This document shows positions 1 through 11,009 of a stretch of 64,000 bases of DNA, one piece after another. The stretch comes from Lama glama (lineage: Eukaryota). Location: assembly GCA_028534125.1 (NCBI GenBank), contig CM052817.1, positions 99,822,001 to 99,886,000 on the forward strand, in the 5' to 3' direction. Numbering within the stretch: position 1 is the first letter of the stretch; every line of letters starts with the position of its first letter. Made by a program: the position numbers and the translations under genes. The notes under the pieces are model-generated. The model made no database searches. It saw only the letters and a list, made by a program, of their open reading frames with translations, and had not been told where the DNA came from.

Positions 1-900
1 GAAGAAAGCATAGGAAGGTTATTTTATAATCTTGGAATACATATGGGCTTTCTAAGTAAGACAGAAAAGAGATTGATGAACTTGATTACATTAAAAACAA
101 CCTAACTGAAAAAAGTCCTGCATAAGGAAAGACAAAGAATAAGAGAATTGGGAAAATTTTTTGGTTCTTTTATCACCAACCACTAATTTCCTTAATAAAG
201 AGCTTCTACAGATCTATAAGAAAGTGTCCAACAGCCCAGAAAAATGGACAAAGGATATAAATATTGTAAAGAAAGGGAAATAACAGTGTCTTTTAAAAAT
301 ATGAAGAAGATGCTTAAGCGCTACTCATTATAAGAGATATGCACACTACAGCTGACCTGCGGTACCATTTATCACTATTAGGCAGGAAAAGATTAAGGAG
401 TTGTATAACCTACTCTGTAAGAGTATGAGTGCAAAACAATAGTCTCTTTAGTGGGCAATTTGACAAAATCTATAGTATGAAAAATCTCGTATCGTTTGAC
501 TAGGAACTCCAGTTCTAGAAATTTATCTTAGATACAAATACATTCTTCTAGATAAACATTCATGTGTACTATGAATGTATCCTATATATGCATACCTATT
601 ACATGCATTTATGTACAAAAATATTTTTTGTAGTAGTGTTTATAAAATAACTAAAGATTGGAAACAACCAAAATGTTCATCCATGGGAGACTGAATTAAT
701 GTGTGGTGTTACAGCTGTATGTTAGAAAACTGCAGTCGTAAAAATACCAGTGAATCTCTTTATGCGTCACTTTTGGAAACATTGCCAACACATGTTGTTT
801 GGTGAAAAATACAAGGTAGAGAGCAATGTATGTGATATGTTTATTTGTGTTAAAAATACTTTGCTTGTCTATGAACAAATGCAGAGTTGATGCAGGCTCT
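1..900 (+). mobile_element. Ancient, highly diverged L1 (L1M-type) ORF2 3' end / 3'UTR
   Basis: Degenerate L1 motifs in the expected order: 'aaaatggacaaaggatataaa', 'gggcaatttgacaaaatcta', 'ccagttctagaaatttatc', 'ggaaacaaccaaaatgttcatc'. Confidence 0.75.
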
Positions 901-984
901 GGGGAGTATAACTTGAATTATTTTTAATTGAACAAAAGATTCTTTAAATTTTATAGTGCTTCACCATTTTCGAAAGTTTCACAC

Positions 985-1157
985 ACATGATTTCATATAA
1001 TCCCATAATAACTCTTTGTTCCCCTACCCCATCTTGCCCCTCTTCCTTCCCTCTTCTTACTAGTAACCACTAGTTTGTTCTCTGTATTTGTGAGTCTGCT
1101 TTCTTTTTGTTTTATTCACTAGTTTGTTGTATTTTTTAGATTCCACATATAAATGAT
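985..1157 (-). mobile_element. L1 3'UTR fragment
   Basis: 'agtaaccactagtttgttctctgtatttgtgagtctgc...ttttagattccacatataa', the antisense of the L1 3'UTR also seen at 33190-33543. Confidence 0.75.
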
Positions 1158-1744
1158 TGAAGACGGCCCCACTCCTTCTCAAAAAAATGTGCTAATCACA
1201 TTACCTTGCACTTAGTATTTATTACTTGGTGGTTATTTTCATTGTAATCACAGGTTTCCTTTATCTCTCAAGTTGATTTTTTAACAGTTGGGTCTGGAGG
1301 AGGAAGCTGTTCTCACTATAAATGCTGCTTAGTGGGTGCCCATACTCATGTTATTCATCAAAAATGCTGTATGTGCTTCCTGAAGGATGCTTCTTGGAGG
1401 ATGTCAGTACAGGCTCTGCAAAGCGATGTCCGATAAGATTGGGAAACGTTGGATTAAACAAAACTAAGCATATTTCTTAGTGATATGCTGCAGCTCACTT
1501 ATTTGTTTCGTGGTTGAGACCTTCCTAAAGTCATCCAAATTACACTGGATGTCTTGGGTAAAGAAAAGAATGTATGTAATTCATGTAAAATCTCAGGGAT
1601 TGATTGAATGGAAATTGCAGATTGAAGCTTCTTTTGATTTAACTTTTCCCAAAGCTTAAAAGGTTTTGCTGTTTGGGGGAAGGAATGAAATCTACCTAAT
1701 GGGTAGAAAGTTGAGGAGTTGGGAGTTTAATGTGGAGAAGATAG

Positions 1745-1871
1745 CGTCACCGTGGGTTAGGAGATATGGGTTCTACCTCCGTCTTCATGGTTTACCAGCT
1801 GTTTAATTTTCAGCAGGTCCCCTAGCTTCCCTGGGCTTCATTTTTATCATCTTTGAAATTCAGGGACTTGG
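1745..1871 (+). mobile_element. MIR SINE, apparently split by the adjacent L1 (resumes ~2281-2320)
   Basis: Degenerate MIR core 'cttccctgggcttcatttttatcatctttgaaat'. Confidence 0.55.
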
Positions 1872-2280
1872 TTTATTTATTTTTAGAATTTATTTGTTTA
1901 TTTTAATTGAAGTATAGTTGATTTATAGTTGTTTCAGGTGTACAGCAAAGTGATTTAATTATATATGTCTATTATTTTTCATTATAATTATTGCAAGATC
2001 TTGAATAAGTTCCCTGTGCTATACAGTAGGTCCTTGTTGTTTATCTATTTTATACATAGTAGTTTGTATCTGTTAATCCCAAACTCCTAATTTATCCCTC
2101 CCCACCTTTCCCCTTTGGTAACTATAAGTTTGTTTTCTATGTCTGTAAGTCTGCTTCTGTTTTGTAAATACGTTCATTTGTATTTTTGGTTTTTTTTTTA
2201 GATTTTACGTATAGTGACATCATATGATATTTGTCTTTCTCTGATTTACTTCATTTAGTATGATAATCTCTAGGTCCATT
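1872..2280 (-). mobile_element. 5'-truncated L1 3' end (cetartiodactyl type)
   Basis: T-rich tail, then 'aattgaagtatagttgatttata...caggtgtacagcaaagtgat...ttccctgtgctatacagtaggtcc...tctctaggtccat'. Confidence 0.9.
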
Positions 2281-4029
2281 GGGATAGGGTTTAGGTCCGT
2301 CCATTTTTAAGACTCTTGAGTGATTATCAATATGCTTAAATGGAGTCAGTGAAGATTGTGGGCCTACGTAGAGTATTTTATTCTACTCTGCAAGTTTCCA
2401 CACGTGAGTATAACCTGTCTCAGTTCAGCTCTTTGGAGAATGAAATTATTCAATAATTAGCTCATAGCCAACTCTGTGTATTTGAAAACTTCTTAAATTG
2501 TTCAAGACTTGTACTTGATTGATTGATTTGTTAATTACCCTCCAGGAAGGCACTTGATTATAACATGGGTCAATTAATACAGCACTGTGGATAAATCCAC
2601 AGTTCCTGTATAAACGCCCCTCTGCATTCATTTCACCAATACAGGGAGAAGTCTGTGATGTGGCTGTTAATTATCTTACCCCCTCCCACCCCGCTCACAG
2701 CACACACAGTGTTCATTCGGTGGCTTGCTGTGCTTTTTGCGCACTCGCTGCCTATTAGCAGATTTCTGAACTCAGCACAGTAGAAGTCTGAATTCACTGC
2801 ATTTATGCTATCTGGCAATGAGGTTTAAATTTTGTTCCTCTGTTGAAATTAGGGATGTGACATAGCTCTTGTGCAGAAGGATTATGAGCCTGAAGTTGAT
2901 TTTATTATGTGGAAGTAGAATGTTTTGTTAGAAGTACTTGCCTGGGCAGAGATTCGAATGTGACTGAATTGTTAACCACCAGCTCCCCAACCCCTTTTTA
3001 GAAGGAGACATATTTTGTTTTTAAATGAGATGACAGTGAGAGAATCATCAAGACCCAATGAATTTTAAGAGTCCTTCCTGTTCACTTGAGTTCCATTTAA
3101 CCTTCCTTTCCATGTGGTTCTGTACATTACCGTCAAGGGACTCAGCTTCCTTTGAAGGTGTTGCTTTTGGCGGAATTATGATGGTAAAATATGAGTAGTT
3201 CCCAGTAAAGCCCTTACTGATACACAGGGATGCCTGATTACCTAAGTAAAAGTACATGTGTGTGGGCGCCTAAAATGTAGTGTAAGGGGAGAATGTGTGA
3301 TAATGGACACAAAAATGGGAGAGGAATTTCTCATGAATTATAGATGTCCTTTCATAATTCAAGAGCCACAGAATGAGAAAAGGCTTGAAATCACCTGAAA
3401 AGCATCTGGAAGCAATCTGTAGTTCTTAAGAGGCAGTAGGAGAGCTTGTCCCTTTCCAGTACATGATGATAAAACTATTCATGTGGGATTATGAAGAAGC
3501 AGAATTCTGATACTTGTGAAACCTCTTGCAATTAAATGCCCAGAGATTTGGTTATGAATTATATACTGCAAGGTCCCAGGTGCTTAATAATTACTTAGTG
3601 AAAAAGGCAGATTTGAAGGTACTGATGAAATTGTAAGGTGAAGAATTTGTTTATTTGCATGGTGAAATGTTATCCTTTGCTTCTCAGGCCTTGTACGCAC
3701 TCTTCTTGTGCCTGGGGAATTACCACTACTGTGCCCAGGTTTGAAGATTTAGGTCACGTTGAGGTCCCGCCCCCCGACCCGACCATTTTTTTCCATTTCA
3801 TGAAACATTTGTTATAAGAGAAGGTATTCCATTCCAAGTCTTTGTGGTGTCTATAGGTCAAACTCACACACACACACAAAACCCCTTATGGTGGCTTCTA
3901 GGGAAGCATCTTTTAATATACTGGACTACTGCAGAAAAATTATATTAATGAGTGCCTCATCAGAGAGAGTGAAAGGCCTATTTGTTGTACTAGACCCTGG
4001 TTTACTTATTCACTTACTCACCTTGGCCC

Positions 4030-4092
4030 ATCTAAAGTTGGGGAAATACTTATAAATAATATCTAAAGTTGGGGAAATACTTATAAATAATA
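4030..4092. repeat. Perfect 31-bp tandem duplication
   Basis: 'atctaaagttggggaaatacttataaataat' at 4030-4060 and 4061-4091. Confidence 0.95.
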
Positions 4093-5055
4093 CTTACAAC
4101 TATATCAGAACAAACTGCTTCCTGTTTCTTGCTTTGCAGAAGTGGTTGTGATCCTGTTTAGTTACAACATTGTACTCTTTTTTTTCTCTCCTCTTTACAT
4201 GATAAATGGCATTTTCCCATTTTATTGAAACTCATTAAAATTTTCTAATGGCTGACAAAATAGTGGTTAAGTAAATTGTGTCATTTTGTCAAATTTGTTT
4301 ATCTCTTCCCCAGTTATTGGGCATTTAAATGGTTTCCATGCTTTAAATATAATATAAGTGTAGTATTTATTGTTTTCTTAAAAAGGTTTTTTCTTGGACA
4401 TTTTCTCTAGCTTCCACCTGTTTTGATCTAGAATAGTGGCTTCTTGCAGTTTGTTTAGCATTTGCATTAGCTTCTGACTTTTATATTCTAAGTGTCTGGA
4501 GTAAACCTCTTTGCTCTGTTGTCCAGAACATCTCTACGGAGTGTTCTCTGTACTATTTCTCCCAGAGAGGTTAATTTCCCAGCCTTCTTCAAGCTCATGT
4601 TTTTCTGATTGTACAGCAGGGATTAAGTCATGCATTTGTGTTGTGAAACTGATCTTCCCAGATAACCCTGATGATATGAGATGTGTGTCTAAGACCAAAG
4701 TGAACTCTGCCCATGAGATGGCAAAAACTGAACTTTCCACTGTCAATCTCTAGATAGGTCAGAGGTGCCAGGGACTATTTTGGGAGTACTGCACAGTGAA
4801 AAACAAGTAGGTTATGAAAGTTATCTCTGGTCCTCTCCTTGCTCTTTTATATTTCTTTGTCATTATAATATGATGCTGTTGATGCATGGATATGGATTTG
4901 TTTTGTTTCACATTTTTTTTTCCTCTTCTGAAAGAACTGTATTATTACTAACCGTCTCTCAGAGGATAGAAGAATTCTTTCTGTTACCCAGTGGGAGTCT
5001 CTCATTTTTGGCTAGCATTCAGATTTCTAAATAAATATTCACTTTTTGCTTGTAA

Positions 5056-5196
5056 CTTTTTTTAATTGAAGTACAGTCAATTATAATGTGTCAGTGTCTG
5101 GTGTACAGCACAATGTCCCAGTCATGTATGTATGTATGTATGTATGTATGTATATACACACACACAAACATACATACATCTATTTGTTTTCATATT
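5056..5196 (-). mobile_element. Very short L1 3' terminus with internal (TATG)n/(CA)n microsatellite
   Basis: 'ttttaattgaagtacagtcaattataatgtgtcagtgtctggtgtacagcacaatgtcccagtcatg' closely matches the L1 end at 57026; 'acttttt' flanks both sides (possible TSD). Confidence 0.8.
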
Positions 5197-5578
5197 GACT
5201 TTTTTTTTTAATGATAAGTACAATATGAGAAGAATGCTCCCATTCAATACACTACAAATGGTGGTAAATTGGAGGAGAGGAAAAACTAGAGAAATTTAGA
5301 TAGAGTTTTTGTGATTTATTAATGATTGTGGGACTTTTATTTATTCCTTTCTATAGATTTTGGAAGTCTTCTGGGAGTTGCCAGCAGTGCCAAGTGTTGG
5401 AGCAGTCTTCTCTGCCCCTCTGATAGACTGAAGTGAGCAGATACAACCCAGCAGAAGGCTGTGGAAGAGAGCAGTCATAGGTAATGTCTTCTTTTCTTCT
5501 TACTGGTGACGTGTGTTCAGTAATGGTCAGTAATAAACTTAAAACAAATAAGCCTAATTGAATTGACATATCCAAGTT

Positions 5579-5725
5579 TCCACTGAAGAAAAACGCACTA
5601 CCTAAAAGTTGCCAGTTAAGTTTTATTCCGATACCTTACTGAGGACCATCGCCTGGGAGACAGCCTCTCAGACAGCTCTGAGGAACTGCTCCAAAGAGGT
5701 ACAGGAGGAGACAGGATATATAGGT
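5579..5725 (-). mobile_element. ERV-type LTR fragment (artiodactyl ERV1-like)
   Basis: 'ccactgaagaaaaacgcac...gttttatt...cttactgaggacc...cctgggagacagcctctcaga...gctctgagg...ctgctccaaagagg...ggatatatagg'; AATAAA and a TATA-like box read on the - strand. Confidence 0.6.
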
Positions 5726-6060
5726 TTCTCTTTTTGTAATTTATATATGTTTGAAGGCTTATACAGTATGTTGAAAGTTAGTTCTAAGAGTTCTGAATTA
5801 ATTCTAAGACTCTGAGTTTCAAACAATGGTAGTATTATTAAAATAAGTGATTAGACTTGTAGCTTAAAGAGAAGCATATGCTATTTGTTTGTATGTAAAT
5901 ATTGATATTATTTCTTATAAAAATCAATCAATATGTCAATCTGTCAATATTGTAGGAAGGGTTCCTGTGTGTATCAGGTTGAATAAGATGAGATTTAACT
6001 TACTTATTAAAGTGTATGTCTAAGTCTTTGTAATTTTCATCTTATTGAAGGTGTGTTTTG

Positions 6061-6340
6061 CAGTGTTTCTTAAAGTGTTATTAATGAGTGCTTGTTAAAA
6101 ATGCACATTAAATCAGGGAGAGGGTATAGCTCAGTGGGTAGAGTGTGTGCTTAGCATGCACGAGGTCATGGGTTCAATCTCCAGGACCTCTGTTAAATAA
6201 AAAATAATAAATAAACAAACAAACAAACTTAATTACCCCCCTTAAAAAATCAAATTAATAGGCCCCAATCTAGTGTGTCAGAATCCGCATCAGAGTGGTA
6301 GAGAGAAGGATTTGGGAATCTGCATTTTACAAGTAAGTAT
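6061..6340. mobile_element. MER5-type hAT MITE split by a SINE
   Basis: 'gcttgttaaaaatgcacatt' lies before the SINE and 'tcagaatc...gggaatctgcattttacaagt' after it. Confidence 0.6.
6116..6248 (+). mobile_element. tRNA-derived SINE, Vic-1-like (camelid)
   Basis: 'gggagagggtatagctcagtgggtagagtgtgtgcttagcatgcacgaggtcatgggttcaatctcc' with Pol III A box (~6127-6137) and B box (~6171-6181), an A-rich/(AAAC)n tail, and 'aaatca' on both flanks. Confidence 0.88.
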
Positions 6341-7174
6341 GTCCAAAGATTGACACCCCCAACTCAGTAAAATTGTACTTCTACCTAATCTTTGTATTTT
6401 TTGATCAATCACCTTGATTTTTGCTTTGAAAAAAACAGTGTCAGTATTTTTAGTATACTGTTTGGACACAGGGTTATGTTCTCAAGCAGTTTATTATTAG
6501 ATCAAATTGACAATATAACTGAATAAGCTGTACTTTGAACTCTGTGTCTGGATTCAGAATGGATATATGTTTCCTTGGATGCAAATGGATAAATCTGTTT
6601 TTGACATCTGGGTACCAAATACGAAGTTTTATGAAGTGTCTGCTCTTCAGATTTGCTAGTGATTGTACCTCAGGTATCTCACTCAAGTAAAGGGTGAAGA
6701 GTAACAGGGTAGGTGTTGGCGGCCCCTGGAATCCGTGCTGCGCTACACTAGCACCCAGTCCAGCACTTTCCAGTAAACATTGTGATGAAAGCTTTGCTGT
6801 GCAATTTATGGTTTAAACGAATGAAATCCTTTCTTTATAGCATACTGAGATTTTACAAAGCTCTTTGAATGAAAGGGAATATTAACATCAACTATTAGAG
6901 TTTGATAGGATGTTATTTTCATTACCATGTACAGTCTTTAGTACTCCTTCCTGTAGAGTTATTAATTTTACAGAAGGTAAGCTTTGTGTATCAAGTGTGT
7001 TTTTTTTAGATATTTCAATTCTACAGACATATTATTCCTTTACTTTAAAAGCTGTACACAATTATATGTTCTCTTAAGAGATAGTGTACTTTATGTAAAA
7101 TAAAAAAGTAACTATAGATTTATAAGTTAAGGCTATTACCTTCAGATACTTGTTTCCTTATTCAAATATTTAAC

Positions 7175-7320
7175 TTATTGGTATAAAATATTTTGTTAAG
7201 TTTACACCTAAAAATTGTGTTAAAATACACAACAGAAAGCTACCATTTATTGGTATAAAATATTTTATTAAATTTATACCTGAAAATTGTTTTAAAATAC
7301 ATAACACAAAGTTTACCATT
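7175..7320. repeat. Diverged ~72-bp tandem duplication at the L1 tail junction
   Basis: 'ttattggtataaaatatttt...aaaattgt...aaaatac...taccatt' starts at 7175 and again at 7247. Confidence 0.9.
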
Positions 7321-8522
7321 TTAACTATTTTCAAGTATATAGTTCAGTATTGTTGAGTATATTCACATTGTTGTGCAAATGATTTCCAGAATGTTTTCAT
7401 CTTGCAAAAACACTCTACCCATTAAACAGCTCCCCATTTTCCCCTCCCCCAGTCCCTGTTAACCACTATTCTACCTTCTGTCTCTGTGAATTTAACTGTT
7501 CTAGATAGCTCATGGAAGTGGAATCATGCAGTATTTGTCTTTTTGTGACTAGCTTATTTCACTTAGAATAGTGTCTTCAAGGTTCATCCATATTGTAGCA
7601 TGTGTTAGAATTTCCTTCCCTTTTAAGATTGAATGAATGATATTCTATCACACATACACACACATACACACACATGCACACATCACATTTTATGTATCCA
7701 TTCATCCACTGATGGATGTTTGGGTTGCTTCAACCTTTTGGCTATTATGAATAATGGTGCTTGTGCATGTATATAAGTATCTGTTTGAATTCCTGCTTTC
7801 AGCTATTTTAGGTGTATATCTAGAATTGGAATTGCTGGATCATATGGTAGTTCTACTTTTAATTTTTTGAAGAACCACCATACTGTTTTCCACAGCAGCT
7901 ACACCATTTTATATTCCTATCAATAGTACACAAGCATTCCAGTTTCTCCACAACCTCAAAAAAACCGTTTTTATTTTAATAGCCATCCTAATATGTGTGA
8001 GGTAATAGCTCGTGATTTTGGTTCACATTTCCGTAATGAATAGTGATGTTAAACATCTTTTCATATGCTTATTGGCCATTTGTATACCTGCTTTGGAGAA
8101 ATGTTTAGTCAAGTCTTTTGCCCATGATTTAATTGGGTCGTTTATCTTTTTGTTGTTAAGTTGTAGGAGTTCTTTATATATTCTGGATATTAATCCTTTA
8201 TCAGATGTATGGTTTACAAATGCTTTCTCCCATTCCATAGGGTGCCTTTTCACTGTGTTGACTATGTCCTTTGATGCACAGATGTTTTAAATTTTGATGA
8301 GTCCAGTTTATTTTTACTTTTGTCGCCTATACTTTTGGTGTCATATCCAAGAAATCATGAAGCATTTCCCCTATGTTTTCTTCTAAGAGTTTTGTAGTTT
8401 TAAGTCTTACCTTAGGTCTTTGATTCACTTTGAGTTAATTTTTGTATATGGTGTAAAGTAAGGGTCCCAATTCATTCCTTTGCATGTGGATATCTGGTTT
8501 TCCCACCACTGTTAGTTGAAGT
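7270..8522 (-). mobile_element. L1 (L1MA/MB-like) ORF2 C-terminus + 3'UTR
   Basis: ORF 8023-8253(-) '[29 protein letters not shown]...MANKHMKRC' is the L1 ORF2 C-terminal domain; typical 3'UTR follows. Confidence 0.92.
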
Positions 8523-10202
8523 GAAGTTTATATTTTTAAAGACAGTTTAGGTTAAAGAAAGGGCAAGCAGACAGTCATAAATGTCTATGTTGTGTCTACG
8601 TAGCAATTCCTATGAAGTCTCTTGTTTCTAATTAAGAATGCATTTCAGAAACAAGAAGACATGGCATAAGATTCACAGCTCACCTTAGAATAATTGTAGG
8701 CAGGCATAGAGCCTGTGTTTAAGTTTTATGTTAGTTATTTGGTGGACAGTGACTTCTTGTATTTGGAACTTGATTATGTTAAACTCTCAGAGTTTTGGTC
8801 TTCTGGTCGAGGTGTATTTGTGTGTGTGTGTGTGTATCCTGTTACAGTGTTAATCACAATGAACTCTGGCCAAGGAGAGATCCTCTAATATCTTAGGGGA
8901 CTTTAGTTTCAAAGCCGTAAGCAAAATCGACATTCTCATGGTAAAGAATAGCCAGTAATAAGTCTTGGGAAGAACTAAAGCCAGCTCAAACTATTCACCT
9001 GTCTGTGTAGCAGGAGCTACTTGGAACCTGTTTTGCCTCTTAGTTCTGAAAAGTAGTATGTGTGTTGACAAAATGATATTTACACTGGCTTTGAAAAGGT
9101 CAAAAACCAAATATTGTGTCTTTGGAAGTAAGGTTATTTTTTGGAGGACAGAAGGGTGTTGGGAATTGGGTGGCGAGAGGACAAAAGCAAATAAATGTAA
9201 CAAAGAGGACAGCCTGGGCAAGGATACTTAGAAGGCAGAGGGAGCAGCTTAACTGGGTGTAGGAGTAACACGGATAATGCCCGGATCTAACACTCAGGTG
9301 CATTACCTTCTTCGGAGGAAATGACAGCAGATACCAGAGGTAGCACAGCAAGAACCACAGGCAGAGAATGGGCTTGGAAAGGATTGAAAACAATATGATG
9401 TAAAATGTGTATGACAGTCTCGAGGAGATGCTGTCAGTAGAATTCATCCGTTACAGATTTTGGATGTGTTCTCAGAACAGTGAGACAAATAGCAAGTAGA
9501 CAGAGGCAATTACAATTATTCTGAGCTGTTGAGAGAATTATGTATCTCAATGCAGTGTTTCAGGGTTAAGAGCTGTCTACCTGAGAAAAGAGTAGCAGTT
9601 AGAGCAGTGTTAGAATGCTGTTCTTTCTAATGTAATACTGGAATGTCAGAGTCATGCAGACGTGGGGTGGCGAATGTTTCTCTGTGGCTTCCATGGCTTT
9701 GTATGGAACCATTGGGGAACCATTTTCCAAGGTGGTTTTGAATAAAAATCTAGCCTCAAGACTGGCTTGAGCTTAGATTTTCTGAGTAAATAACGAAAAG
9801 TTGCCTAAGAATGACTTCTTAGAGTAAAATCAAAATAGCTGCCTCATGCTGTCATTCTGAAATTTGTTCATTCTGCATGTGTCTTTCCATACTTTTTATA
9901 GATTTTAAAATCATGACCTGTCTCTACCTTATTTTGTGAATTTCATCTTTTTATTTATTCAGTCATTTTTGTTTCTCATCATGTCCCCTAGCCCCTATCA
10001 TTTCATTCTAGGGTAGTCTGGATCTTTTCCAGCTTTCTCTGTCTCTTCCAATTGACCAGAATGGCTCATGTGTGAAATTTATATTTTTTCATGTTCTCGA
10101 GTTCATTGTCCACATCATTCCTGAAATACCCTCCTGCCTTTTCTTTAAGGGTATGGGCTACATTGAATTGATGTGCTCAGAGAAAAGTCTTTAATGACTA
10201 GT

Positions 10203-10380
10203 CCAGAGGTTCTCAAAGTGTGGTCCCCAGGTGGGCAGCAGCAGCCTCACCTGGACACGTGTTAGAAATGTGAATTCTGGGCTGAATCAGAAACTCTGCG
10301 AGTAGAGCTCAAAAATTCATGCTTAACAAGTTCTCTGGGTGATTCCACGCTGCATGTGAACGTTTAATAACTGTTCTAGA
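10203..10380. mobile_element. MER5A-like hAT MITE
   Basis: 'cagaggttctcaaagtgtggtcccc...gttagaaatgtgaattctgggctgaatcagaaactctg...aacaagttctctgggtgattc'. Confidence 0.8.
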
Positions 10381-10452
10381 CACTCCTGTTAGCTGTGGGC
10401 TGTTGTCCCAGCCATTCATTTTCTCTGGCCCTTGGTCTATCTTCAGATAGAT

Positions 10453-10605
10453 CAGGGGTTCTCAAATGTTGGTGTGCACATGAATTATCTGGTGAGCTTG
10501 TTTAAACAATTTCAGAAAGCAGTACATTCTTCCTAACCTCATACCCTGAGATTCTGATTCAGTGGTCTTGGATGACTCAGTTATCTGCTTTCCGGGCAAG
10601 CTTTC
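10453..10605. mobile_element. MER5-like hAT MITE, opposite orientation to the copy at 10203
   Basis: 'caggggttctcaaatgttggtgtgcacatgaattatctggtgagcttgtttaaa...gagattctgattcagtggtctt'. Confidence 0.7.
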
Positions 10606-11009
10606 CAAAATAGTTCTCATATCTACGATCTGGACCAGTGGATGCCTCTGAGTTCCCTTTAAGCCTCAAAGTGAGGTGACTTAAAGTGGCTTTTTTAGGT
10701 TCAGTAACTGGAAGCTTGGGGGCCAGAACTTTATTTTCACAATTGCAGTTTGGATTTTTTTTTCCACAGAAGCCATTATGTTCTGGTTTCTTTCCTTGAA
10801 AATATGATTCTTTCTTGCCCACTCAGATTACATGAGATTTTACTGAGGTTTATATCCTCACTGGTAAGGCAATTTGTATGCTGAAAGAGCTTTCTGACTC
10901 TTATAAACTTGGAGATTTCATTATGTGGTTCCTCTAGGTAATTTATTTAAAAAAATTAACAATCTTAAATACTGGTTCTTGGGGAATGCTACTTTCTATT
11001 GAGATCTCT

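Noticed and set aside
4669..4731. C/D snoRNA (tgatga...ctga)
   Set aside because: The C box is imperfect and there is no terminal stem.
5357..5480. Coding exon (tttctatag|...atag|gtaatg)
   Set aside because: There are stops in all three frames; it could only be non-coding and has no other support.
6116..6190. tRNA gene (also at 49950-50030)
   Set aside because: It has A/B boxes but no proper acceptor stem; it is followed by an A-rich tail and flanked by target-site repeats, so it is a SINE head.
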